Shown: positions 11,400-24,143, numbered from the whole stretch's first letter. The stretch: DNA of 59,646 nucleotides, filler included, from Sphacelaria rigidula (GCA_964200075.2; 7 parts of 7 records of this genome joined end to end with filler, not necessarily neighbours in it); one strand, 5' to 3'. The notes: generated by a model not told the origin, from the sequence alone. A program made the numbers and translations.

Positions 11400-13500
11400 A
11401 CAGTACTGACTTCCTTGGGCGAACCGCCGGCGTCGCGCAAGGGTTTCGATTTCTGCAGGGAAGTGCCGCTCCATGATCATCACCCTGCCATGTTTGACAA
11501 CTGTAACAGCCAATGCAAATAGATTTTGGCATTCACAGTCACGGTACTGATGTAACTCTCGACATGTACCATCTCGTCGTCCTGCCGTAGGCTTGGCAAA
11601 GAGGTTCGTGTCCGCTTTTATAAAAAACGCATGCTTTTCGTGGGTGACCTCATGCTACGAAATACTTACATCGCCCATGTCGCCGCTTCGATTGTCGGTA
11701 GCGGATGCAGCAACATCTCCCTCCTCAGGGACGCTCACGGCAGCTTTGCTAGGCTTCACCCGGCGAGAGGTCCTCCCCATCCAATATCCTCTCACCCGAT
11801 CGCCCTGTTCCAAGAAAACAATAGAGAGCGACGCTTGTGGTATACTGTTGAATGGCGATAGCCTTGCGAAACGGCGTCGTACAGGGTTGCACTGCTGTAC
11901 GTTCACGCAAGGATAAGGACACACACACATACCTCTCTGCTTCATCTATAGCACGGACTGCATGCTGCGAATGGCTGTCAATCAGGGTTGTGGACCAACT
12001 CACTATCAATCAAGCGTTGATTGTGATGCGATCATGATTCGATGAGGCAATCGTTATTGTATCATACTTGACTATTATTCATGTAGCGTTGAGCAGTGGA
12101 CATGATCAATGAATCTAGGCTGGGTGGTTGTTTGGGACGGTAAAGGAGAAGTTTCGTCCTGTGGAGGCATTCGTGTAGCCTTCGGCGCAACTGCTATGTA
12201 CGGTATGGTGTAGATTGCAGCCCCTGCCGCCGTTTTTGGTCCATTTGTTCTGTCTTCTACCCGACACACGGTCCTCTGCCCACGTCTACCGGAATTTAAG
12301 CTACGGGCGTGCGCATGTGAAGGGCCATGGGTGAGGTTATGGAAGACAAGCGCTTTGAGAGAGCCGGAGCTGGAGTATGCTCTCCGTTTACTCACCGTAA
12401 AATATTCAATAGATGATCGTTACTAGGTGCTTCAGCCAAGTAACCAGCCCCACCTGGTTGACTATGACCAACTGTTCATGATACGATCAACCCCAAATGG
12501 GCCAACTAATCAACGATCAAATTAGCAAGAAAATTGAGTTGATCCGCAATCCCACTGTAAACCCTTTTGTTGCGGACTAAGGCAAGCACACAGCACCCTG
12601 GGCCCGAGAAACACGCCAGGAGCCAGCTTTCGAGCAGACTGTTCTCGACGTGCCATCGAGCCGGGTTATGACTCTATATGAAGCGAGTGCGGTAACGGTG
12701 CAGAGTGCGCCTGTAACGCGGCAATGAACCAAACTTACGTATCGTCGAGGAGAGAATGAATCATTTCCAGCAACAGAGGGTGGGGCTGCCGGACCATGTC
12801 AAGGCAACAGGGTGGCCGCGTAATAGAGGCAACGGACGTTTTTAGACATGCTCCGCGCTGCAAAGACATTGCTTGCTTCGAAATCGACGCGGGCGGTATG
12901 TGCTGTCGGATAGTATTTCCGTGAAATATTCCAACCATATTACCCCCCTTCTTCTTGGCCTGTCTGGCCAAGTGCCGAGAGCACTTGAGGAGCGCCCAAA
13001 ACACGCCACACTTGCTGTCAACAATCTTCTCAAAGCCCTTCCCAGTCGTATCCTGCTTCGACCGCGGTGACAGAAATCAGAAGGCAAGGGGTAGGGACCC
13101 CGAACAGGGGTCGCGCGATCAGTGTGGTTTGTGCGATGGAGTACCTGCACAAGCGTGATTGCACAACCTACACACAGAAGGAGGCGTCGGAACAGTGATG
13201 TTCTGGCGAAGTGACCAGTACGTATGGCTTCCTTTCGATGGCCCGTCCACGTGCTGTCCGACCCTAGTTCGTAACCGGCTGGGTGCTCGGAGTGCCCTAG
13301 GCAAGGTCGCAGACCTCGCAAGTCTGCGGGAGCAAAGTGCCGGACGAGGCTACGCATTCTAGGCATCGGTCGTACGCAAGTGCACGTACAGTAGCTACAG
13401 CTGTCCTGTACCAACGATGATGGGTGGGTGGCAACACGTTAACTATGCCCATGCGCAACGCCGCGCGGAACTGTCTCAACGAGCATGCTACAGTTCTCCT
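11400..13500 (-). mobile_element. Highly decayed Ty3/gypsy integrase-like debris
   Basis: IDSHSQHAVRAIDEAERYV resembles the TDGQSERxxRTIxxxLRxYV integrase motif; a GPY motif occurs in ORF 12842-13414; many frameshifts. Confidence 0.35.
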
Positions 13501-13541
13501 GCGCTTGTCGCGCTAGCACCGGTACCATGCTAAGGGTGGGA

Positions 13542-13789
13542 GACACGTTCTACAATAGCCCCTCCACAAAAAGTACATGGTTTTGGGAGGCGAAATCTTC
13601 ACGTAAATCGAAATGGGAAAAGCCGAGCACAACAAGAAACTGGGAATTCCCACGTTTGGGTTCGGTTTAGCCAATGTCGCCAAGATGATGCGCTTCATGC
13701 AGCCTGAACCCGAACATCAGGCGCTCTATGGCCAATTTGTTCGTGACATTTTTAGCTGGTTTTGGGGGGGTGCTATCGTAGAAAGTGTC
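13542..13789. mobile_element. MITE with GACAC termini and 4-bp TSD (GGGA)
   Basis: gacacgttctacaatagcccc...ggggtgctatcgtagaaagtgtc with ggga on both sides; homologous to 54764-55013 and 42439-42579. Confidence 0.85.
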
Positions 13790-14699
13790 GGGAATGCTTT
13801 GCACGCGCGAGTTAAAGGGTAAATCAGGAGGCCCTGGCATACCTCGGTGCGCTTCATCGTAGCCCTGCCTTGTTCGCGGAGAGATAGAAGTTTATCGAGA
13901 TGAAATTGCAGGACGGCCTCGATGGAGGGCACGTTCCCCAGAATCGACGATGCCGTTGTCGGGTTGTCGTTTTCGTCGGTTGAACCCGCGAACGAACCCC
14001 GGAAGCACGCCGGCAAATGTTGAGTCACGGGGGAACGGGAGGGTTACAAGATCAACGGTAAGATGAGTGCGTCAGTTTTCCACGTACTGGAGGTACTTGC
14101 TGTTCAGGAAACTATAGCATCTGCACGAATACATGCAACAGCGGCGTTGTTGTGCCGTATGTTCTACAGTGCTACGTGGGCAGAGTGTAGCGGTACCACG
14201 ATCAGTCGGTATGGTCACGGGTCGCATCAAGGCGTTCGTACTCACAAAGTGACGTCTAGCAGCAAAGCCGGGTCGGACGGCAAATCTCGCCCAAACCCGT
14301 CCACGATGTCGGCCTTGAACCTTTGCACCCTATCCCTGACGAGTCCGAGATCCTGTTGCACAGGACCATTCGCTGTATTTCGAGCGCGGCGAAATCGCGT
14401 GAGACTTTCGAACTTCTTTGCGGAAACCCAGGTGTACTCGGACCCTCGCCGAACCCGAAACATAAATATATCGTCGTCACACCAAGCGCGCGATCACCGG
14501 AGCAGGGTGGTCCAACTCCCAAACTTGCATCCTGTCTATGACATATCAGCGCATCTCATATGTAGCATGACGGTATGGTGAACTCGAATCTATAGGCAAG
14601 CATAACTATAGTGTGGATACCGCCAGGCGGTTCTCGTAGGGCGGAGCTCAGAGCCTTGGCATATGGAGCTCAGAGCCTTGGCAAGTCGAACTCCTGTAC

Positions 14700-16200
14700 C
14701 ACGGTGCAACTTGAGCAAACTCAAGCATCTATACATTTTTGACTGGCCTGCCGGTACTACGAGGGTGTCGAATTCGTTAGCGAAATCAGTACTGGAGTAA
14801 CCCGCAATTGCGATGCATCGGTGTACGTTGATTGCAGGACCAACGTTCATTCTGCAAACCAAGGCACGGGACGACTTGCAAGGGTGTCGAAGGCTGCAGC
14901 ACAGCGAAAAGAGGCGTCATTAGCAGCGGTACGAGAGCAGCGACAAAATCAGCCACGTCGCTGTAAACTCCCCACCGAACCCGCCGGGCCGACCGGCAGA
15001 GGACAGCTGTGAGCCTGAAAAAGGCGATGCGCCCGCTTTGCACAAGTGCAGTGCAGTGACCGACAGCAACACAAAAGTTCCGGACGGTTGTTTTACACGA
15101 AAATGCGAAGAAAGAAATAGCAACAGAAGTCACAAGCATCTTGCGGAGTTGATGCCGTCGAACGAGATAGATATGCAATCGAGCGCCAAATCCATTCCGA
15201 TAAGTGTGGGTACGTCCTTCACATCTGAACCAAAACATCGGAATCAATGACGTCTAACTACACCACACGTCGTTGAGTTGAGGCAAACGTATATGCCCTC
15301 GTCAACTCTACGTCATATAGCCTGAAGCCCTCACCACGAAAGAGAACTCTTGGTTCGTGTCGTGACGTGATTGCAATTCGGATGAAAACATACGTAGCTA
15401 TCGCCGGACGGAAGGAAAAGGTCACACACCACATGATTTTCACCGCTCTTCCGGGTAATAGTGACAAAACGGGGCTGGGAAAATGTAGTTAACGCCTGAA
15501 AGAAAAGAGTGCCAGCTGGCCTTGAAGGTAACGCGGATGATGACCGAAAACGAGGACCACGCTCTTGTGGACTGCCAAGTGGTGTGGAAGGCGTACATAA
15601 ACGGAACGATTCAATCACGGTCGACTAAACCATAACTACCGCTTCGCCCCCAAATGAAGAGCGGAGAGTACACCCGACAGTACCCTTGTTCGTTTATACT
15701 GAAAAGAGGTGAATGCCAAACAAGACAGGATCACTCGTATCCCTACGGTAATGATGATAATGTGAAACCTCAACGCAATCTCGAATACGTTTAACGTTCG
15801 CGGTGGGTGCGCTGATACAAACATGAACCAAGCTTCTCGTCAGCAAAGACAACGTATTCGATAGTAATAGATACGTAGCAGTCACCTTACGGAGAAGCAT
15901 AACTACGAGGGGATCTGCAGTGCCAACGGCTTTGAGCGAACCGCAATCCCTGTAGAGGACCGAGTGCTGCGAGAGGGCTTCTCCCGCCCTCATCTGATAG
16001 AACGGAAGCATCTGTTATACTGCAAGCGAAATTGGCCAAAATACACAGCGGCTTCTTGTTCGCTCATATCATGGGGGGAAAACAAGACGACACACGGGTT
16101 TCGGTATCTTGGTGAACTACCAGACGATCCAGCACAATGCCGTTCCTGGCCAAGATGGCAGGTGGACAAACCGAAATCGGTGCTGAAGCCGCAGAACGAC
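14700..16200 (+). mobile_element. Possible decayed gypsy pol fragment (post-protease to RT start)
   Basis: HKCSAVTDSNTKVPDGCFTRKC resembles THCSVVSENCSNAVPVFLTKKC of the gypsy element near 42240; weak RT-like ..HGFRYLVNY near 16100. Confidence 0.25.
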
Positions 16201-16906
16201 GAAGAAGTGGAGTCAGCTCGCACCAGGTAGATTTACCAACACCTGAGCCAAGGGGCCAGACCCCGGAGTTTGACATCATTGTCAAAGGTGCCTGTTGGAG
16301 CAAAAACGTGGGTCTTGCCTCACACCTTCCGGTCAGCTCGTTGGTTCAACATACTGTACGGGATTAGACGCGGGCGGAATGGCGCTACTGTCTTGATGCT
16401 GTCCGACAACTCCATCGTTACGAGTTCCAGGTACAGGCTTAGGTAGAGACTGTATATATTTATCGACGTCTGGCCGACTCACAAATTATCTAGCTAAGGT
16501 ATGAGAAATATGCATGGCAGCGTACTTGAAATATCGGAACACGACACGATGGGTCATGCTTGGAGGGTAGAGTTTGTGTGCCGCAATAGCAGACGGGTAG
16601 GGAAATGCTTCATTTCAGTGCATCACATACCATAGACAACCCGATGCCTCTGTGGTCATCGCTTTCCAAATCAAGCTGGGTTGTAAGGCGTAGGAGAACG
16701 AGGCGGTGCCGCTACCCGAGACGAAAATATGTCTTCGGCGATTTACCACTAGAGGGTTGAGATTGGAACCTGAGATTTCGAGGAGAGGTGGGACGAATCA
16801 TGAAAAGGTCACCACAAGAACATTCTTGTTCATTTTACTGCACATTATAAACACACGTGACGTCATTCGTTTCTCTTGTAGGTCTGTCCGTTTGGCTGGA
16901 CTCGCA

Positions 16907-16974
16907 GGGAGGGGGGGGGGGGGGTACTCATTTGTTGCTTGCCTTAGTCGTTTGACCATTGACCACGCATCCCT
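16907..16974 (-). mobile_element. L-C retroposon 3' end with poly(C) tail
   Basis: Reverse strand agggatgcgtggtcaatggtcaaacgactaaggcaagcaacaaatgagtac followed by a C run. Confidence 0.85.
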
Positions 16975-17107
16975 NNNNNNNNNNNNNNNNNNNNNNNNNN
17001 NNNNNNNNNNNNNNNNNNTTAATTAATTAANNNNNNNNNNNNNNNNNNNNNNNNNNNNNNNNNNNNNNNNNNNNCGGCGCTTCGCGCTTAGTGATTGAGT
17101 GCGAGCC

Positions 17108-17206
17108 TGGTTCGGCGAAAACGCGGTGTGCTCCGTCCGGGCTTTGTAGGCATGCGAGGTCAATGGTCTGGTGACCATGGCATGCATGATCATGAGCACA
17201 CCCCCA
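17108..17206 (+). mobile_element. Variant (subfamily B) of the poly(C)-ended retroposon 3' end
   Basis: gtgtgctccgtcc...atgcgaggtcaatggtc...atgagcacaccccc; near-identical copy at 34146-34232. Confidence 0.7.
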
Positions 17207-17584
17207 AAGGGAAAATATTATCTCTGTGTGATCGATTTTCGGGCACCAAAATCCTATCACCCGGCGGAGGTGATATATACCGTAGCCCATGGAACGCACC
17301 TGTCCGTGTTTTTGTCCAGCCTCCACAATCCAGTCTGTTGTGAGTAGAAGCTTGCGTGCTATCTGCAGCCGTTCCTCTTGATCCAGAACGGCAGCTGTAT
17401 CATTAGAAGCTCCCCTCCCTGCTTGGCCAGAAATGAACGGACGATGAAAAAAATTAGCACATTACGATTAAAATATGAAAATGGAAAAGTTCCCCCAAAA
17501 GATATGCACACATGTCCATCACGCCAATGGTTGATTTTCCATATGACCCCCCCTCCCCCCCTCCCTCCTTTCAGTTTGCCGTAT

Positions 17585-17953
17585 GTTGTGTGTGTTGTGT
17601 TGTCGTCCCATCTACTCTGGACGCCGGTCTGCACCTTTTGGTATATGTTAGCGCACCGGCCGGGGTCACAGAAGAGGACGGCGAGCGCAGGAGTTTTTTG
17701 TTCGTTGTTTTGTTTTGTTTATTTTAGTTCTCCACCCTCATCCTGCGGTCCTTGCTTTTATTTTTCATCGCGAGTTTCAGCAGTCCCTTTGCCTCGTCGA
17801 CCATCAGGTCGAATCTTGTGTACTCACGACACAGTCGCTCTCCACTGTTGGAGATTGTATGAAAAAAAATCCCAGATCGCTCCGAGATTTGAAACCCACG
17901 ATCCAACCGTCAGAAAGTTTCGATGCTACCAATTGAGCCACCGGGGCGACCAG
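17585..17953 (-). mobile_element. tRNA-derived SINE family 1
   Basis: Head ggtcgccccggtggctcaattgg (Pol III A box) and B-box-like ggtttcaaatc; body aligns with 48249-48700, 49484-49827 and 58201-58566. Confidence 0.85.
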
Positions 17954-18418
17954 TGTATGTATGAATATTTTTGTTTCTCATTTCCTGGAGAGTTGTCGGC
18001 CAAGAATTCCTGCACGATGCTTCCGGTCTCCACGTAGCCCTGTCACAACGCAACCTCTTCCATGATCCCGCCTTTCGTGCAGCCTCTCAAAAGTGAATCC
18101 TTGAAAGGTGCCTTTGCGGGGGTATGCTCGGACCTGGTCCTACTATAGTGTGCAGTCTCGGGGTGTTTCATGTCACGGTGTATTCTTTTCGTTTCCTCCC
18201 GTTTTCGGTTTTTGTCGTTTTCATTTTTCCACCTCTTCTCGACTTTTCTCCACGAGTGCTTCCGATTATTTTGCTCCCGGACAAAGTCCACAAGCTTGTG
18301 GTTACGGGTTGGAGTCGAATGAGATAAGTTGATGTACGACAAGGAATCGAAGCAATCGAAGAACATGTCTCAGATGGCACGGCCACACCTACACTACACT
18401 GTGTATAGTCAATCCGAA

Positions 18419-18479
18419 GAGAGAGCGAGAGAGAGAGAGAGAGCGAGAGAGAGCGCGAGAGAGAGAGAGAGAGAGAGAG
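18419..18479. repeat. (GA)n microsatellite
   Basis: gagagag run with few interruptions. Confidence 0.95.
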
Positions 18480-18852
18480 GAATATGAAAGAGATATGAGA
18501 AAAACAGAGGAGAACGACAACATCGTTATTCGAAATGTGTTTTTATGTTTTTTGTTTAAAAATGAACAACCAGACTAAAACAATTCGAACGAATGTTTCA
18601 AAGAAAGAAAAGGGCGCACGCCAACCGGCCGCGGCACCAAAAGCAGTCTCTTCCACTATTCCTTCCCTGGCGATTCACCTAAATTTGACCCGCAAGCAGC
18701 ATGCCACAAAAACAAAACAAAACGGAACAAAACAAAACAAAACCGAACCAACAAGCGAACAAATGATCATGTGTCACGACGCCTTTAGTCCAATTTGTTC
18801 ACCGGACTTACAGATATTTGGCGCAAAACACCACTTTCACAGAGAGGCTCAC

Positions 18853-18982
18853 CGGGAAGTCTAGAGGATGACGAAGATGACCCACCTCCGCCCGCGGCGG
18901 CTGCCGTATCGAGACTAACCAACGCACGCAAGCTCTCCACATCGGTCTCGACCGGCTCCAGGATGACCAGGGCCCTGTGTAC
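18853..18982 (-). CDS. ATR: ATR-like PIKK kinase, FAT domain exon (4th visible)
   Basis: aag|VHRALVILEPVETDVESLRALVSLDTAAAAGGGGSSSSSSRLP|gtgagc; parallels the ATR G.VH.AL.VL segment; phase 0 join to the previous exon. Confidence 0.75.
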
Positions 18983-19039
18983 CTTTCAACCATCAACATA
19001 ATAAATGAGGGCATGACACACAAGTGCGCACACGGAAAG

Positions 19040-19200
19040 GGGACGGGGGACGGGGGGCGGGGCGCGGGGGCGTACTCATTTTTTGCTTGCCTTAGTCGTT
19101 CGACCATTGACCACACATTCCTTTCGAGACGGAGCACCGTTCTTACTTCTAATAGAGACACCTCCAGCATTCCGGCGCTCATTACGTTTCTTCCATACAC
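19040..19200 (-). mobile_element. L-C retroposon 3' fragment
   Basis: Same 3' sequence as 1-315, ending atgagtacgcccccgc with a C-rich tail; lies in an ATR intron. Confidence 0.85.
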
Positions 19201-19892
19201 GAGACTGGGGAGGGGGTAGTTGAAGAATGACATTGACATTCCAGTAGCGCGGGGCACCGTTGACATTGCGAGGAAAATTGTCGAGGTATTGATTCGTTTT
19301 GAACAAGTTCATAAACCTGCAGAAGCAACAAAAACAATAGTACCACCAGCACCGGCGGTATAACAGGTTGCATTTGAACGCTAAGCGAGAAAAAAGAAAA
19401 AATCAAGCACGACGCACACCTGTTTTTCAAACGGTGCACAAAGTTCAAAATCGGCGACCAAAACAAAGAAATCCGGACTTAGACGACAAACACAGTACTG
19501 TGATATGTAAATGAATGAAAAGGAAGCATCAATATATTTACATAGGTACGTACAGTGTTGAATCAAAGCTTGTACTCGTCAGCAAGATAAAACGGACGCA
19601 AAAATAAGATACTCATCCACACTGGTCCAACACAGAAGAATGGTCCAAGCCTGCAACAAAAAAATGGGAAGCGTCTGCATGCTGCAGATCGATTATATGA
19701 CTGCTTCCGACTGAGGACGTGAATATATCAGTATGTTCTGTGTAAAGGTGTCCCACGTGAACGTATAAATAAAAAATAAAAATAAACGCAACAACATACC
19801 CCCCCTTCTCTGAGTACGCCCCCCCCCCCCGAGAAGGGTAACATTACCAAAATCAAGCCGATGCAGCCTTTTTCTATTTTTCCACACTTCGA

Positions 19893-20180
19893 ACCCCTCC
19901 CCTCCCTCGTGACGGGTCCGTGGTCTCAAGGGATCAACTCATCCCCCTCAAATGAGTACGCCCCCCTCCCCCCCTCCCCGTGAGTACACCCCCCCCCTCC
20001 CCCGGTACACGCCTTCCACCTGGTATCCACCGCAGAGAAGGTCAGCACTACTCCCGCACCGCGTCGGCGGTCGTTCAACAAAGTCAACCTCGAGCCAAAC
20101 AGACGACTTTTGCTACTCACGTCCTTACGCCTTCTCAACGGCGAAAATCAGCTTTAATACTTCTTTCTGAGAAAAAAAAG
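19893..20180 (-). mobile_element. SINE family 2 copy interrupted by very short L-C tails
   Basis: Matches 51300-51590; aaatgagtacg+C run (19950) and tgagtaca+C run (19981) sit inside its C-rich segment. Confidence 0.65.
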
Positions 20181-20424
20181 AAAAGAAGCCAAACTAGACG
20201 CATCTGGCGGGGATGTAACACGCTTTGTCCTCGCTCTTATGGTGCCAGTCTGTACCACTAGACCAGCGGAGCGCGGCGATAACATTGCAAGCACGTTATT
20301 CAACGAGCGTATGATGACAAGTGATACGGCACGGCACGGGGCGACACGACACGACAGAAGATTGCCCTCGGGAGCAGAATAAGACCCCCCTGTATCTCCA
20401 TGCTGCCCTTCATAGTCCTCTCAC

Positions 20425-20619
20425 CCCTTCTCTTTCTCGAGCGAGCTTAGCCTCCTGGAACGCCAGTTTGCCCTGGCACATGCCGAGACGACATGCTCGA
20501 CGCAGCGCCGCGCCGGCCACCGCGAACTGTCCCGCCCCGCGGGCGCGCTTTGCCAGGCAGAGCCAGTTGTCCGCCTGTAGGTCTTCGAGAGAGCACAGCT
20601 CGAACGCCGCCCGCCTCAC
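20425..20619 (-). CDS. ATR: ATR-like PIKK kinase, FAT domain exon (3rd visible)
   Basis: VRRAAFELCSLEDLQADNWLCLAKRARGAGQFAVAGAALRRA matches the FAT WL..A..AR.AG...A..AL motif; tag acceptor, gtgaga donor, 65 codons. Confidence 0.85.
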
Positions 20620-21662
20620 CTATTCATTTGTTCATTTTGTGTGCGTGCGTTCAGGAGGGATGGATCAGGAAACAGGTTTTGAAACGTATGTATGTATGTG
20701 TGTCATTATTCATACATTCCAGACACACATGTACACACACATATCAGTGTTCACGTTTGTGTGTCACAAATCTTACCGTACACATTTCGATGTCCACACG
20801 CGTGTCTCAAGGATCTGCTGGGAAAGGGACGGACACATCGGATTTCTTCCGTGAAATACAAGACGTCTAGCTTTCACTTTGCATGATAGGGGGTTGTCCT
20901 GACAAATGACCGGGTGATGGGCGCGGTGAGCACGCCCAGCTGTGGCCTAACCGACCGCTAAGCGTCGAGTGGAGTGCCATCAGAGCAGCGACACCGGACA
21001 GGTGGCATGGCACATCATGCCGGCACTCGCTGGGTGCGCGTCTGCGTAGTGAAGATGGCGGTACCTGGTGATGGCATAAGCATAAATTGGAATACAACAA
21101 GCCTACACGAATAACAATAAAAAAAAATGAGGAACAAGAAAACAGTGGATCCATCATCTGCGTGATGAATGTTGATACCATACTCAAAACTGAAACTCAA
21201 TATCCACCACACTGTAACCCTCAAGTTATTTCAGTTTATTGAAATGTGCGTGACCGTCAAGAGTTGTCTGAAGAACGGTGAATTGTATTGCTGCAAAGGT
21301 CTGTCTGTAGGGGACGCGAAAGCATGATTTTCTGTGCGTTATAACTCCTTGTTCCCTTGGCAATGTATATAATCTAGACAGCTTGTTGAGCGCGTTAATT
21401 TTTTTTTCTTTCCTCTTTCTTTTCTTTTCTCTTTTTTTCCTTCGTGGTGTGTATTCGTTCGAACTAAAGTTCTGCATGACCGTGTGTCAGTTCCAGAACA
21501 TCGACAGCTCTCCTCAACCTTTTCGTTTGGGAAGGGGCAACGAGGAGAGATAACACCGGCGGGTGCACAACATTTGCGTATGCTTATGCACAGAACATTC
21601 TCTCCAAAACGGAAGAATGACATGGGTACCCCTCACAAAATAATATCTTGTATGGAACACTC

Positions 21663-21889
21663 CAAGCGTGTGTTGGGACGGACATTTCCTACATTTGACT
21701 ATTTTGAACCCAAAAACTTGAGTAGAGTATTGAGATTGTACAACCGTACCCAGGTAGGCGTTGGATAGAGTACTGCGATCGTACCTAACTTGACCCTATA
21801 TTTAGGTAGAGCTTAGATATTGGATCTTCGCAACACAGGATTCGGGGAGAGAAGATACTCGGATATTTACCCTACCCCAGACACCCTTG
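21663..21889. mobile_element. hAT-like MITE
   Basis: caagcgtgtgttggg...cccagacacccttg; flanks gaacactc/gaacgttc (6 of 8 match); homologous to 33602-33830. Confidence 0.7.
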
Positions 21890-22105
21890 GAACGTTCGTT
21901 GCCTAGGCTTGTACTCCACTTGCTTTGTACAATCAACATAGCTACGTGAAGGGCTCCCATGTAAACCCATATCTTACCGTGAAGATACTGATAACCTGCA
22001 TCTGCCTGGCTTTTTTCCAGCTCCGTTTGTTCGTCTTCGATCTCTCAAGTGTTACTCTTAGTTTTTTCCCCCCTCTGTTATCAGGGGGCTGCTTCTCTGA
22101 CTCAC

Positions 22106-22244
22106 CGCAAGCACCGGTGCAAGTTGCCTCAGCGATGAGGACATGGCCGACAGCCGTTCGTCCCAACCAAGGGCCAGGAAGGATGCTCGTCGGGTAGACG
22201 GGTTACGCCCCTCGTACATCACCTCGAACGCCTGCTCGGCTTCC
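22106..22244 (-). CDS. ATR: ATR-like PIKK kinase, FAT domain exon (2nd visible)
   Basis: EAEQAFEVMYEGRNPSTRRASFLALGWDERLSAMSSSLRQLAPVLA has the FAT W..RL......PVLA.RR pattern; phase 2 start fits the upstream exon. Confidence 0.85.
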
Positions 22245-22311
22245 CTAAGTCGACGTCAGAAAAGCAGAAATCACAAGGAAGAAAAATATGGACGCGTCAC
22301 TGGCATCCGGC

Positions 22312-22640
22312 CGCCGAGTCCCCGTGGTGTAGTGGTACGGGTGACACCATTAGGGTGAGGAAAACGGACGTTCGATTCCAGCCGCGTGCGTCTACTTTTG
22401 CTTTTCTTTTCGTTTTGTGAGGATTACTAGTATCCCATCTCCGTCATTGAAAGCGAGAGGATGTGAGTAGCAGAAATAGTCTGTTTGGTCGGGTTGTGTA
22501 GAGGCGCTGTGAGAGTGCTGATCGAATCCAACCCGCGATAGATACCAAGAATGTAAGGCGTGTGTACGGTACCGCGGGAGAGATGGGTGGTGATTGTTTG
22601 GGCTCACGGGCTCGCCCAGGTGGAAGTAAGGAAAGGAGGT
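22312..22640 (+). mobile_element. tRNA-derived SINE family 2
   Basis: Head with A box tggtgtagtgg and B box gttcgattcc; body is the reverse complement of 51300-51590, 19893-20180 and 7105-7275. Confidence 0.7.
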
Positions 22641-23125
22641 ACGCGCAAGGACAAAGGGAAAACGGCAAATATGTAGAAGAAGCAGCTGGATGGAATCAAT
22701 TCGATGTGTGAAATTCAACGTATCAACCCTTGTGGAACCCATTGACGATTTCTGTTGTTGTAAATCGGCATCATTTTCAGTCATTTTAAAGGAATCGTCA
22801 GGGGGTTCCGAAAGGGTTATGAAGATATAACATAAAATATTCAAGAGCAAAGACGTACGATGTAGAGTAAGATGTAAGATGCAAGATGTAAGATTAAACG
22901 TATGTAACATATAACATGTAAAAAACATAAAACAAACAACATAGATTTCATGAACTACATACATTCATGTATATGTGACTACAGAAATAGAGACTTGTGA
23001 AGACAACAGGGCATACACACGCAGCGAGTCTTTAGTGAACGTAAAATGATGCCATCTATGATGCTCTGATTATGTTCGTCACATTAGCTTTTTTTTCCTT
23101 AGAGCGTGTTTCAGTTTCGTTTTTG

Positions 23126-23210
23126 TTGGGTACGTCTATCAGGAGACCACGGCTGGACCCCTGGGGGGTCAGTGAAAGTGCGACAATCAGTCAATCAAAA
23201 TCAATCATTA
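23126..23210 (+). repeat. Retroposon-like 3' end with (ATCA)n-like tail (family L-ATCA)
   Basis: ttgggtacgtcta...accacggctggaccc...gtgcgacaatcagtcaatc; related copies at 11050-11150, 32724-32796 and 4296-4352. Confidence 0.6.
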
Positions 23211-23994
23211 GCTCGATCTCTCGAACCCGTGGTCACAGAGTGCCAGGAGCATACCACTCATACCCATAAATCAAACAGCCCGCAGAGGAAGGCAAGAAAC
23301 AAAACATCTACACCAAAAAGGGCACCTACACTACGATAGATCCGTACAGGACCGATTGAACTACAGGAGACCTACGAGTACTGGAATCTAAGAAATCCCC
23401 GCGTGTGATCTCCCCGGCTACCTTGCCACATACTGGTGTATACACCAAGTAGTGATACCGAATAAGCCGATAACCGAAACGGTCGCGGTAGAACAGGGAC
23501 CAACCCCAAAAATAGATCTACTGTCTAGAGTAAACAAGAAGTATTTACCTGTGTGTGCTGTTTACTACCGCATAATCTGGGTTGTACATACCGCAAGGCG
23601 CGACTGTTCGACTCTTCCTTGGAGTGACTTAAAACGCTCCAAGCTCTGGTGCGGAGAAATGAAGATGAAAACCTGAGATCATCAAAACGCCCATGCTTAC
23701 CGTGACGGAAACATTTGAACACTACTGATGTGGAGAAAGGTTGATTGGGCCTTGAGAAAAAGCGAGGACACAACACAATAGCGAACACAGCAGCACAAAA
23801 CAGCACAACAACACGCGTGGCCCAAATGCGTTCAATAAAACTCTTGGACCTTTTCATTGCTTGGATTTGGGGCTGGCTGTGGAGCTTTCGCTAATAATAA
23901 TAACAGAGAAAAAACAAGCGAGGGGTGATATGGTACGGTAGGAAGTTTTCCCCTCTTGTTTCTTGTGCTCTCGACCATACAAATGTTATTTTAC

Positions 23995-24143
23995 CTGAGA
24001 CTGTGCAGCTTTAGCAAAAAAGGGTATGCGCGGCGGTACGACTCCATGCTGGCTGCGCCCAGCCCGGCCATGACGTCTGCGCGAGCCTCGGAAACGGCGG
24101 CGGAGAATGGCGTCGGGCGACCCTCCTGCATGCGGAGCATGAC
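23995..24143 (-). CDS. ATR: ATR-like PIKK kinase, FAT domain exon (1st visible)
   Basis: VMLRMQEGRPTPFSAAVSEARADVMAGLGAASMESYRRAYPFLLKLHSLR contains the ATR/TOR-type ESY.RAY....LH.L motif; cag acceptor, gtaaa donor. Confidence 0.85.

Noticed and set aside
17378..18037. 219-aa ORF and most other ORF-track entries
   Set aside because: They are read through SINEs, MITEs, microsatellites or introns and lack protein motifs
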